Virus record (IMG/VR): IMGVR_UViG_3300002835_000001
Coordinates: 1 to 64,000 of that record
DNA: 64,000 nucleotides
Source of the DNA: a virus
Lineage: Duplodnaviria > Caudoviricetes
Direction: 5' to 3' (one strand)
The notes under the pieces are model-generated. The model was given only the letters and a program-made list of their open reading frames with translations, ran no database searches and had not been told where the DNA came from. Position numbers and translations under genes: made by a program. Below, piece by piece: positions 47,332 through 56,970 of this stretch (its first letter is position 1; the number at the start of each line of letters is the position of its first letter).

Positions 47332-47620
47332 CTTCTTTTTTATTAAACAATGAATAAATCTTAGAACGATAATTTTCATACTGAGTCATTGCAATCCATT
47401 TACCAATGACACTACCTAAAATGTAAAAAATGATTCCGTAAAAATCACCTTTAAACATACCATCCAACGAATAATATGCAGAACCTAAAGCCATTAGATT
47501 TATCCAAACACTATTGAGTAATAACGCTTTAAGTTTGTTTTCGTATGTATATTTTATCTCTAACACTTTGAAAATGTTAAACATAATTTGAAAAAATAAA
47601 ATTAATAAATAATTTTTCAT
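47312..47620 (-). CDS. small multi-pass membrane protein
   Basis: Three hydrophobic segments. Confidence 0.65.
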   Translation of the reverse strand: MKNYLLILFFQIMFNIFKVLEIKYTYENKLKALLLNSVWINLMALGSAYYSLDGMFKGDFYGIIFYILGSVIGKWIAMTQYENYRSKIYSLFNKKEDEKEIL

Positions 47621-47779
47621 TTCTTTTTAGGTTTTCTAATATAATCTAACACAAGGTTAAATGAACCAAGTGATATGACACCCCAACCAAAATATTTCAC
47701 TAACTCGGGGTCGGCACCTTTAAGTCCATACTTCTGAACTAATATTCCAGTCAATATCATCATTATGTAGATAATTTCC

Positions 47780-47986
47780 TTAATCTTTATTTGCATCTTC
47801 TTTTAATTTAGTTAAACATTTATATAACGTATTGGCTTCCATTAGGTTAAACATCCTATTTTGATTACAGAAGTCCAACGCCTTTCCAATTATTGCCAAT
47901 GCGGATTCTTTATCGATATCGCGCACAAATTGATCGAACTCATCAATATCTTCAAATTCAATTAAACCACCGAATATTGTTTCCAT
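47780..47986 (-). CDS. hypothetical protein
   Basis: 68 aa; upstream TTTG-N20-TATATTTG (47991-48022). Confidence 0.65.
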   Translation of the reverse strand: METIFGGLIEFEDIDEFDQFVRDIDKESALAIIGKALDFCNQNRMFNLMEANTLYKCLTKLKEDANKD

Positions 47987-48033
47987 ATTTCAAATATATA
48001 AAATTCTTTTGGTAATTCCAAATAATTATAGTT

Positions 48034-48399
48034 ATGTCAGTTCACATCAATAACAAAACATTTCAAGCTGAGTACTTATCTAACTCAGAAGATATCCGTA
48101 AGGGTATGATGGGTAGAGATTCATTAGAGGGTTGTATGGTCTTTAAAATGGGTAAGGGTCACCATTCATTTTGGATGAAGAATTGCCTTATCCCACTTGA
48201 TATTGTCTTCGTTCTCAATAATAGAATAAATCAAATTCATTCTAATTGTCCTGCACCTGACCGACATCGTATGAATCCACCGAAATACGCGGGTATTGGT
48301 GACCACGTCATCGAATTTCCTGCTGGAACTACAGAGGGTTGGAAAGTAGGTGATCGTGTTGCAATGTACCTTGGAACACCTCAGAATCCTGTTCGATAG
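48034..48399 (+). CDS. DUF192 family protein
   Basis: GMMGR..L..GM.F, FWMKNCLIPLDIVF and VIEFPAG motifs. Confidence 0.9.
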   Translation: MSVHINNKTFQAEYLSNSEDIRKGMMGRDSLEGCMVFKMGKGHHSFWMKNCLIPLDIVFVLNNRINQIHSNCPAPDRHRMNPPKYAGIGDHVIEFPAGTTEGWKVGDRVAMYLGTPQNPVR

Positions 48400-49072
48400 T
48401 TACCTCATCCGAATACGGTTCAATATTTGAGAAATCATATTTTACTTTTGGTTTAGTCTTTTGGAATACCCAAAAATATGAATGGTATTTACGTGCATGT
48501 TCTTGTTTTGTCCACTTAGTCCCAAAACTATTAATTCTTAGGTTGGCCACCAAGATAAACAAATCCTTTGGATAGAATCCGAATTCCATTGCCATATCCA
48601 TAACCATTGAGTGTGTAAAGTGATTTTTTCCTCCTGATACGGTATCTTGACACTTAAACACCACAATTCCATCCTTTTCTGTGATTCTATACAATTCCTT
48701 TAAGGTATTATAATAATTTTTCATTAAATGACCATAAGTTTCATAACCTTCGTATCTTTTTGCTATGATCGAACTCCCATCTTTATTATCTTTGTAGGAT
48801 TTACCTGCAATTACAAATGGTGGGTCGTACATTACACTCTTCATTGAGTTATCATCGAATGGTAGATTTTCAGAACTAGCCCTAATGATGGTATCGTTTT
48901 TTGGAAAAAGGTCCGACTTATGTTTGGGTGCGGGTAGATTCTTCCAAAAATTACCTGTTGAGTACGTACAATCTAGGTCAAATTGTACTATGTTGTACAA
49001 CCCCATGATGTTTTTTATTACCTCATCGTTTGAATTATACACACTTTTTACGGGTTTAAAATCTTTTTCCAT
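48329..49072 (-). CDS. amino-DNA methyltransferase-like protein
   Basis: DCTYSTGNFW, LPFDDNS...YDPPF (motif IV) and GIVVFKCQD motifs. Confidence 0.75.
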   Translation of the reverse strand: MEKDFKPVKSVYNSNDEVIKNIMGLYNIVQFDLDCTYSTGNFWKNLPAPKHKSDLFPKNDTIIRASSENLPFDDNSMKSVMYDPPFVIAGKSYKDNKDGSSIIAKRYEGYETYGHLMKNYYNTLKELYRITEKDGIVVFKCQDTVSGGKNHFTHSMVMDMAMEFGFYPKDLFILVANLRINSFGTKWTKQEHARKYHSYFWVFQKTKPKVKYDFSNIEPYSDEVTIEQDSEVFQGTLQHDHLLSNPL

Positions 49073-49162
49073 TTCTTTTTTGATTTAAATTTTATATATT
49101 TTTATTAAAGTTAAGAAATAAAAACCAATAAACCAAAATATTTATAAAAAAACACACAAACT

Positions 49163-49327
49163 ATGGGATGCGGATGTAAAAAAAGAAACGAAGAACAACC
49201 GATTGAATCGGTACCATTAACAATTAAAATTGAGGAACCGACACAAGATGTTCCCCAAACTGATGATATATTTTCGGTTAGAGTTGAATCAGCCCCACCA
49301 AAAAATAATCAACAACCTCAAGCGTAG
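49163..49327 (+). CDS. small MGCGCK protein (54 aa)
   Basis: Hand translation MGCGCKKRNEEQP... Confidence 0.55.
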   Translation: MGCGCKKRNEEQPIESVPLTIKIEEPTQDVPQTDDIFSVRVESAPPKNNQQPQA

Positions 49328-49407
49328 GTAAAATATCGGATAGGACTATTTTGTTTTGTCCGATATTTTTTTTATACTTGATATATATAATTTTATATAT
49401 TATAAAC

Positions 49408-49605
49408 ATGAAAACAGAACAAAAACTAACAAGCGTCAATATATTGGATGATGTTTACAAAAAATTTAAAACTAAATCGATTGAGGGTTCTATTAATTTA
49501 CAAAAATTAGTGAATCGTTCTATGGATTTATACAATAAAGATGAAAACTTTAGAAGTACAATAAACAATCACGTTGGATTGGCGACGACAGGATCTAAAT
49601 TTTAA
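49408..49605 (+). CDS. small putative RHH-type regulator heading the glycan operon
   Basis: KLTSVNI...YKKFK...NLQKLVNRSMDLY strand-helix-helix pattern. Confidence 0.5.
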   Translation: MKTEQKLTSVNILDDVYKKFKTKSIEGSINLQKLVNRSMDLYNKDENFRSTINNHVGLATTGSKF

Positions 49606-49606
49606 T

Positions 49607-50968
49607 ATGAAGAAGAAAAAAATACTTTTATTATCTGACGATTTAAGGATGACATCCGGAATTGCCACTATGTCGAAAGAAATTGTGATGGGTACCATTC
49701 ACAAATATGATTGGGTACAATTAGGTGCAGCGATTAAACATCCTGAGTTCGGTAAAATTGTTGATGTTAACGACGATATTAGAACAAGGACCGGTGTTAA
49801 AGATGCTAATTTGAAAATTATTCCGTATAATGGTTATGGTGACGTTGGTATTCTTCGTAAATTAATAGACGATGAGAAACCAGATGCCATTTTACACTTT
49901 ACTGACCCACATTATTGGCAGTGGTTATATGATGTTGAGCATGAGATAAGACGACACACTCCAATATTATTTTATCATATATGGGATGATTTACCGGACC
50001 CACAATACAATAGAGATGTTTTTGAATCTTGTGATTGGTTGGGTTGTATATCTAAACAAACGTATGGTATCGTACATCGTGTTGGTAAGAGAACTGATAA
50101 AGTAACATTTAATCCATTAAAGGATTGGCAAATTAGTTATGTTCCTCATGGTATTAATCCTGATTTATTTAAACCATTGGATAGAATATCGGATGATATT
50201 AATAATTTAATTCATGGTGATAAGAAATATGATTTTGTTTTATTCTTTAACAGCAGAAACATTAGAAGGAAACAACCAAGTGATGTGATTTATTCATTTA
50301 GATTGTTCTGTGATATGTTACCAAAAGAAAAGGCGGATAAGTGTTTGTTACTAATGCACACGAATCCTGTTGATGAGAATGGTACCGACTTACCTGCTGT
50401 AATTGATGCTGTTTGTAAAGATTACGACGTTAAGTTCACCAATTTAAAATTGGAACAAGATAAATTAAATGAAATTTACAATGGTGTTGATTGTACGATT
50501 AACATTGCAAACAATGAAGGATTTGGATTAACAACTGCTGAGAGTTTAATGGCGGGTGTACCAATCATTGTTAATGTTACTGGTGGTTTACAAGACCAAT
50601 GTGGATTTGATTATACAGAAGATGATTACATTAATGTAGGTACACTTCACAATAAAGAAGTACATGGTAACATAAATCATGGTGACTGGGTTGAACCTGT
50701 TTGGTCGTCAGCTATTAATTTGAATGGTTCGGTACTAACACCATATATCTTTGACGATAGAGTTAATGACAATGATGTTGCAAATGCCATCATGGAGATG
50801 TATAAAATTGGTAAGAAGAAAAGAAAAGAAAAAGGATTAAAGGGTAGGAAGTTTATGATTAACAATCTATCAAATAAAATAATGTGTGATAAAATGATTG
50901 AGGGTATTGAACAAACCTTAGAGAATTTTAAACCAAGAAGTAAATTTAATTTATACAAGATTATATAA
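49607..50968 (+). CDS. glycosyltransferase (GT-B/GT4-like)
   Basis: YVPHGI, RNIRRKQ and NEGFGLTTAESLMAG motifs. Confidence 0.9.
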   Translation: MKKKKILLLSDDLRMTSGIATMSKEIVMGTIHKYDWVQLGAAIKHPEFGKIVDVNDDIRTRTGVKDANLKIIPYNGYGDVGILRKLIDDEKPDAILHFTDPHYWQWLYDVEHEIRRHTPILFYHIWDDLPDPQYNRDVFESCDWLGCISKQTYGIVHRVGKRTDKVTFNPLKDWQISYVPHGINPDLFKPLDRISDDINNLIHGDKKYDFVLFFNSRNIRRKQPSDVIYSFRLFCDMLPKEKADKCLLLMHTNPVDENGTDLPAVIDAVCKDYDVKFTNLKLEQDKLNEIYNGVDCTINIANNEGFGLTTAESLMAGVPIIVNVTGGLQDQCGFDYTEDDYINVGTLHNKEVHGNINHGDWVEPVWSSAINLNGSVLTPYIFDDRVNDNDVANAIMEMYKIGKKKRKEKGLKGRKFMINNLSNKIMCDKMIEGIEQTLENFKPRSKFNLYKII

Positions 50969-50969
50969 T

Positions 50970-52217
50970 ATGAACAAACCATTTTTATTATTTAGAGGAC
51001 CAGTTAAAACAAGAAGTGGATATGGTGCCCACTCAAGAGATTTGTTACAAGCACTTTATGAAATGGATTTGTTTGAAATCAAGATTGATAGTTGTATGTG
51101 GGGTTCAACCCCGATGACGGCATTGGAAGATAATTTATTTCATAAATGGATTGAGTCTAATATTGTTAATCAATTAGAAAAAACACCAGACATTTACGTT
51201 CAAGTAACTGTTCCAAATGAATTCCAAAGAGTTGGTAAATTTAATATCGGGATTACTGCCGGCATTGAAACGACTATTGCGCCTAAGGATTGGATTGATG
51301 GTTGTAATAGAATGGATTTAATTGTTACAACATCCACCTTTTCAAAAGATGTTTTGTTACAAACAGTTTACAATGAGAATGAACAAAATACCGGTAAATT
51401 AATTAAACAACATAAGATTGAAAGACAAATAGAAGTTCTATTTGAAGGTGTTGATACCAAAATATACAACAACGTTTATAACAATATTGACATTGACATC
51501 AAAGAAGATTTCGCTTACCTATTTGTTGGTCATTGGTTAAAGGGCGACACGGGTCAAGATAGAAAAGATGTTGGTATGTTGATTAGATGTTTCGCTGAAG
51601 CATTTAAAGATGTTGAAGATAGACCTGCTCTCATCCTTAAAACATCATCAGCATCGTTCTCAATTAAAGAAAGAGAAAGTTTTAGAAAGAAGATAGAAGG
51701 GTTAGTGAGTGATTATAAAAATCCACCATCAATCTATTTGTTGTTTGGTGATTTAACTAATGATGAGATGAATAATTTATATAATCATCCTAAAGTTAAA
51801 TCAATGGTAACGATTACAAAAGGTGAAGGGTTTGGTAGACCTTTATTAGAATTTACAATGACAGGTAAACCCGTAATTGCATCAAACTGGTCAGGACATA
51901 AGGATTTCCTACCAATGGATAAAGCAATTATGATTGGTGGTAAATTAACCGAGGTTCATGAAAGTGCGGTTGATACTTTTATATTGAAAGATTCTAAATG
52001 GTTTACCGCAAACTACAACGAAGTGACTGAAGTTTTTAAATTGGTTTATAAAGACTACGATAAATTTTTAGAGAAGTCTATGATGTTGGGTGATGAGAAT
52101 AAAGAAAAATTCTCAATGGAAAAAATGAAAGAAAAGTTTAAAGATATTATTAATCCATTCTCAGTACAACCAAAAGAACAAAAACTTATACTACCTAAAC
52201 TTACTAAAATAAAATAA
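50970..52217 (+). CDS. glycosyltransferase (GT-B/GT4-like)
   Basis: RSGYG.HSR and KGEGFGRPLLE...PVIASNWSGH motifs. Confidence 0.9.
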   Translation: MNKPFLLFRGPVKTRSGYGAHSRDLLQALYEMDLFEIKIDSCMWGSTPMTALEDNLFHKWIESNIVNQLEKTPDIYVQVTVPNEFQRVGKFNIGITAGIETTIAPKDWIDGCNRMDLIVTTSTFSKDVLLQTVYNENEQNTGKLIKQHKIERQIEVLFEGVDTKIYNNVYNNIDIDIKEDFAYLFVGHWLKGDTGQDRKDVGMLIRCFAEAFKDVEDRPALILKTSSASFSIKERESFRKKIEGLVSDYKNPPSIYLLFGDLTNDEMNNLYNHPKVKSMVTITKGEGFGRPLLEFTMTGKPVIASNWSGHKDFLPMDKAIMIGGKLTEVHESAVDTFILKDSKWFTANYNEVTEVFKLVYKDYDKFLEKSMMLGDENKEKFSMEKMKEKFKDIINPFSVQPKEQKLILPKLTKIK

Positions 52218-52218
52218 G

Positions 52219-52482
52219 GTGATGAACTTTAAATTTTTTCAAGGGAAGACTAACTTGTTTTTAGAATTGGAACCAACACAAATATTAACATTAACACGAC
52301 CATCATTTACATCAGAGAATGTTGAGTTTTGTTTTCAGTTCGGGAACAACGAACCAGTTGTATTTGCAACAGGTCCTAACGAATGTAGTATACATTTGAG
52401 TCCAACTATTAGTAGTGAAATGTCATTCACGGATAATGATAACGTATTTAAATTATTTGCAAGGGAGAGACAAAATGATTAG
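52219..52482 (+). CDS. FKFF-motif small protein
   Basis: Begins MMNFKFFQG. Confidence 0.7.
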   Translation: MMNFKFFQGKTNLFLELEPTQILTLTRPSFTSENVEFCFQFGNNEPVVFATGPNECSIHLSPTISSEMSFTDNDNVFKLFARERQND

Positions 52483-52729
52483 TGAATTTAAATTTTTTCA
52501 CGGGATAACAAAAAAGGGGATTAGAAGACTTCGTGCTACTTGGGGTCCTGATTTAATTGAAAGACGTGTCGATGTTGAAGGGGAATTAATAAGAGTAATG
52601 TCACAGGAAATTGCTAGAGGTATTGATAAGGAAATCATTAATACAATAGTAAGAAGAATAAATGGTGGTAGTAATCATGGTATTGATTATTTAAACCATT
52701 GGTTAAGAGTAGGGGAGAATAGAGCATGA
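52475..52729 (+). CDS. FKFF-motif protein carrying a T4 gp23-like major capsid fragment
   Basis: MISEFKFFHGITKK followed by RRLRATWGPDL..DVEGELIRVMSQEIARGIDKEII. Confidence 0.6.
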   Translation: MISEFKFFHGITKKGIRRLRATWGPDLIERRVDVEGELIRVMSQEIARGIDKEIINTIVRRINGGSNHGIDYLNHWLRVGENRA

Positions 52730-52816
52730 AATGTGAAAGACATATTTGGGATACGGAAGATAGAGAGTGGTGTTGGAAATGTGAGGAGTTAACATTAAAT
52801 GAAAATAAACAAAAAT

Positions 52817-53440
52817 ATGAAGATAAGTTATGCAATAACAGTTTGCAACGAATTGGAGGAGATAAAGAGATTGGTCCCCTTCATTCTGAAACACAAAAGA
52901 CCGATAGATGAAATTGTAATTCTGTACGATGAGAAGAATGGTAACAAAGAGATATTAGATTTTTTATTACCATATAATAAATTACCCAATGTTCAAACAT
53001 GGAGATGTTTCGATTGGAACAATAACTTTTCGGATTGGAAAAACATTCTTAATGGTTATTGTGAAGGTGATTACATTTATCAAATAGATGCCGATGAAAT
53101 GATTAGTGAGTATATGGTTAAGAATTTATCGGACATATTAGAAATGAATCCTGGTGTGGACTTAATATTTGTTCCAAGAATTAACACGGTTCAAGGTTTA
53201 ACCGATGAACATATTAAAAAGTGGGGGTGGAATGTGAATGAAAAAGGATGGGTTAACTATCCTGATGCACAGGGAAGAATCTATAAGAAAGGAATGGGTT
53301 GGTATGGTAAGGTTCACGAACGAATTTTAGGTGGTCAGAAATTTTCATCATTACCAACCGATGACGACGATTATTGTATACAACACCATAAGACAATATT
53401 AAGACAAGAAAAACAAAACAATTATTATAATACATTATGA
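52817..53440 (+). CDS. glycosyltransferase family 2
   Basis: ISYAITVCNE, QIDADE, YPDAQGR and KVHE motifs. Confidence 0.9.
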   Translation: MKISYAITVCNELEEIKRLVPFILKHKRPIDEIVILYDEKNGNKEILDFLLPYNKLPNVQTWRCFDWNNNFSDWKNILNGYCEGDYIYQIDADEMISEYMVKNLSDILEMNPGVDLIFVPRINTVQGLTDEHIKKWGWNVNEKGWVNYPDAQGRIYKKGMGWYGKVHERILGGQKFSSLPTDDDDYCIQHHKTILRQEKQNNYYNTL

Positions 53441-54174
53441 GAGTAGCAATTATTTGTATCGCCAAAAATGAAGACCAATATATCGAGGAATGGTCTAATT
53501 ATCATTTGAAATTAGGGTTTGATGATATCGTCATTTATCAAAACAACTGGAAGTGTAAACTAGAACACCCAAATATTAAACTTGTTAACTTTCCCGGTAA
53601 TCACGTACAAATGGAAGCTTATAATGATTTCATTAAGAATTATAAAAATGATTACGATTGGGTAGCATTTATTGATTGTGATGAATTTATACATTTAAAA
53701 AAACATTCAAACATTAAAGAATTTATTTCTGAATACCACAATGATTTTGGTATTTCAATGAACTGGTACATGTTTGGTTCTAATAATAAATTAGTTAGAG
53801 ATAATGAAAACAAAAATTCATTGATAAAACAATTTATATTAAGAGATAAAGATGTTAATCGTCATATAAAAACTTTATTGAATTTAAAAAGCGAATCAAA
53901 AATGTCTTTTCCACATAATCCAACAAATAAATTAATGGATACGAATGGGAAATTTTTCTATGGTCCGTTTAATGAGAATGGACCGACAGATGTCGTTCAA
54001 CTAAATCATTATTATTATAAAACATATGAGGATTGGTTAATTCTTTGTGAAAGAGGACAAGCCGATTATACCCCAACTAAAACCCCTAAATTATGGTTAA
54101 ACAATACACATGTTTTTTGTGATGTTGAGGATTATGGGGTTTATAACTTTATGTACAATAAAAATCAATTATGA
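53437..54174 (+). CDS. glycosyltransferase (GT2/GT92-like)
   Basis: AKNEDQYIEEW..YH..LGFD, WVAFIDCDEF and QLNHY motifs. Confidence 0.88.
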   Translation: MRVAIICIAKNEDQYIEEWSNYHLKLGFDDIVIYQNNWKCKLEHPNIKLVNFPGNHVQMEAYNDFIKNYKNDYDWVAFIDCDEFIHLKKHSNIKEFISEYHNDFGISMNWYMFGSNNKLVRDNENKNSLIKQFILRDKDVNRHIKTLLNLKSESKMSFPHNPTNKLMDTNGKFFYGPFNENGPTDVVQLNHYYYKTYEDWLILCERGQADYTPTKTPKLWLNNTHVFCDVEDYGVYNFMYNKNQL

Positions 54175-54785
54175 GTTATCAATATCCGAAAAATTTTAAA
54201 TATCCTAATGAGAGAATATTCTTTACTGACCACATAGACTTATGGGAAGATTCTTTAGGTCAATTAAAAAATAAACCAAACGTTACTTTAGAGATTGGTG
54301 CATTATATGGTGGTTCTTCTGTTTACATATTAGAAGAATATTGTAAGTTAGATGGGTCTCACCATTACATCATGGACATTAATACTAATGAGTTTATAGA
54401 AAACAACATCGAACCATATACTGGTAAGGTAAGTTATTTACTTGGTGAGTCCTCGGACGCGTTTAAAGTGTTGGAACACAATGGTTTTAATAAAGAATTT
54501 TTAGACCTGATATACATAGATGGTAACCATATGTCTAAGTATGTTTTAGAAGATGCAGTCAATGCTTTCTATTGTTTAAAAGACGGTGGGTATCTCGTAT
54601 TTGATGATTACGGTGGGGGTTGGGAGCAACCTAAACATATGCAAGTTAGGACTGCGGCGGATGCATTTATGGATGCATATATGAACCACTTTAAAATATT
54701 ACACAAAGGTTACCAATTAATTTTACAAAAAACAAACTATATTAACATAACTGAATTTAAAGAAAATTATTATAAAACATTATAA
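54171..54785 (+). CDS. class I SAM-dependent methyltransferase (Methyltransf_24-like)
   Basis: LEIGALYGGS, DLIYIDGNH and LKDGGYLVFDDY motifs. Confidence 0.9.
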   Translation: MSYQYPKNFKYPNERIFFTDHIDLWEDSLGQLKNKPNVTLEIGALYGGSSVYILEEYCKLDGSHHYIMDINTNEFIENNIEPYTGKVSYLLGESSDAFKVLEHNGFNKEFLDLIYIDGNHMSKYVLEDAVNAFYCLKDGGYLVFDDYGGGWEQPKHMQVRTAADAFMDAYMNHFKILHKGYQLILQKTNYINITEFKENYYKTL

Positions 54786-54823
54786 AATATCGAAAAAATT
54801 AACTATATTATAAAAAAAACACA

Positions 54824-56005
54824 ATGAAAAAAGAGATACCATTATTTAAGGTTTTTATGGCAGACACCGCAGCGGATAAAGTCGCCAAAGTATTAAACAG
54901 CGGATTTATTGGTCAAGGACCTGTCGTGGATGAGTTTGAAAATACACTTAGTCAATATTTTCAACACCCTTACATTTCGACATTAAACGCAGCAACATCT
55001 GCAGAACATTTAGCATTACATCTAATTAAGAAACCATTTAGATTTACAAAAGCAGATGGTTATGGTGTTAGAGAAAACGTGTGGGACGGTATGAAAGATG
55101 GTGATGAGGTTTTAACAACTGCATTAACCTGTACCGCAACTAATTGGCCAATACTTGCAAACAATTTCAAAATCAAATGGGTTGATATCGATCCTAAAAC
55201 TTTGAATATGGACATGGATGATTTAGAAAGAAAGATTGGACCCAAAACCAGAGCAATTATTGTTGTTCATTGGGGTGGGTATCCAGTTGATTTAGATAGA
55301 CTTAGACAAATTCAAGAAAAGTCTTTACGTATGTATGGATTTAAACCTGCGGTGATTGAAGATTGCGCACACGCTATGGGTAGTAAGTACAAAGGTAAGT
55401 TGATTGGTACACATGGTAACATTTGTACATTCTCATTACAAGCGATTAAACATATTACATCTGTTGATGGTGGGTTATTATTCTTACCTCATGAAGAATT
55501 AAATAGACGTTCTCGTTTATTAAGATGGTATGGTATTGATAGAGATTCACCAAGAAAGGATTTTAGATGTGAAGCAGATATCGAAGAGTGGGGATTCAAG
55601 TTTCATATGAATGATGTAAACGCAGCAATTGGATTGGAGAATTTTAAACACGTGGATAACATCATTGGTAAACATAAATCAAATGCGGCATTCTATGATA
55701 AAGAATTAAAGAACGCTAATGGTGTAACTTTATTAGAAAGAAATCCCGATATGGAAAGTGCGTTTTGGATTTATTCGTTGTTAGTTGAAAGAAAAGGTGA
55801 CTTCATGAAATATATGAAAGAATGTGGCATTGCCGTTTCTCAAGTTCACGAAAGAAATGATATTCACACTTGCGTAAAAGACTATCGTGCAATGTTACCT
55901 AACTTAGATAAAACTATCGGTAGTGTTATCTCAATACCAGTTGGTTGGTGGTTAACAGAAGAAGATAGAAAGTATATTGTAGATTGTATCAAAAAAGGTT
56001 GGTAA
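54824..56005 (+). CDS. DegT/DnrJ/EryC1/StrS sugar aminotransferase
   Basis: IGQGP.V.EFE, VHWGG, IEDCAHA, FSLQAIKHITSVDGG and GFKFHM motifs. Confidence 0.95.
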   Translation: MKKEIPLFKVFMADTAADKVAKVLNSGFIGQGPVVDEFENTLSQYFQHPYISTLNAATSAEHLALHLIKKPFRFTKADGYGVRENVWDGMKDGDEVLTTALTCTATNWPILANNFKIKWVDIDPKTLNMDMDDLERKIGPKTRAIIVVHWGGYPVDLDRLRQIQEKSLRMYGFKPAVIEDCAHAMGSKYKGKLIGTHGNICTFSLQAIKHITSVDGGLLFLPHEELNRRSRLLRWYGIDRDSPRKDFRCEADIEEWGFKFHMNDVNAAIGLENFKHVDNIIGKHKSNAAFYDKELKNANGVTLLERNPDMESAFWIYSLLVERKGDFMKYMKECGIAVSQVHERNDIHTCVKDYRAMLPNLDKTIGSVISIPVGWWLTEEDRKYIVDCIKKGW

Positions 56006-56970
56006 TGGAGAGAATAGTTGATGATTCATTTTTGAAATCTGATGTAACGGAGTTTGCGTTAGGTTATGATAAAGTTAAAAATCATACTTGGTATGATAAC
56101 TTAAACTACATGGTTGATTTATCTAAAAAATATTTCAATGTGGATGATTTTATTATGGATTATTCGTGTGGTACTGGTATTTTTTGTGAAAGGTTATTAA
56201 AATCTATGGTTGATTGTCCAAGAATTTTAATGATGGATTCATCACCAAAGTATCTTAAATTATCACATGATAAATTTGGTCGAAATCATAAATTTCATTT
56301 TAGAGTTATCAATTACCTTAAAGATGAAGGTAGACTACAAACAATATCGGAGGTCTTAGGTAAAGAACATGAACAATTATTAGATGGGATTGTTTGTACA
56401 AACGCAATTCACCTATATCCAACAATAGATGAGACAATTAAATCTTGGAATAAAATTTTGGTTAAGGGTGGCAAGTTGTTAATTAATTCAGGTAACATAT
56501 ATAACCCATTAATGGGTGAGGAAACTAAATTGATTGACCAAACAGTAAATGAGATATCTAAACTATCATTTGATATTGTGAGGAATAACCCAAAATACAA
56601 CAAGTATGTTGATTTAATAAGTGATTTTGACTATATTAATAAACATAACACACTTAGAGATAAATATTTTTTACCTATTAGACAAATTAATTTTTACACG
56701 GATGAGTTAATTAAAAATGGATTTAAAATAGTGGAAGTTAAAACTATCGATGTTGACGCTAGAGTTGATGAGTGGTTTGATTTCTTGAAAGTATATCACG
56801 AAGGTATAATAGGTTGGATTGGTGGTTCTAAAAAAATCACGGGTGTTAATCCAAGTGAGGATGAAGTTAACGACAGGATTGAGATTATAAAATTGGCACT
56901 AACAGAAATGTTTAATAACCAAAACGACTTTAAAGCGTGTTGGAACTATATAATTTGTGAAAAAATATGA
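56005..56970 (+). CDS. class I SAM-dependent methyltransferase
   Basis: MDYSCGTG, D.SPKYL and LVKGGKL motifs. Confidence 0.85.
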   Translation: MERIVDDSFLKSDVTEFALGYDKVKNHTWYDNLNYMVDLSKKYFNVDDFIMDYSCGTGIFCERLLKSMVDCPRILMMDSSPKYLKLSHDKFGRNHKFHFRVINYLKDEGRLQTISEVLGKEHEQLLDGIVCTNAIHLYPTIDETIKSWNKILVKGGKLLINSGNIYNPLMGEETKLIDQTVNEISKLSFDIVRNNPKYNKYVDLISDFDYINKHNTLRDKYFLPIRQINFYTDELIKNGFKIVEVKTIDVDARVDEWFDFLKVYHEGIIGWIGGSKKITGVNPSEDEVNDRIEIIKLALTEMFNNQNDFKACWNYIICEKI

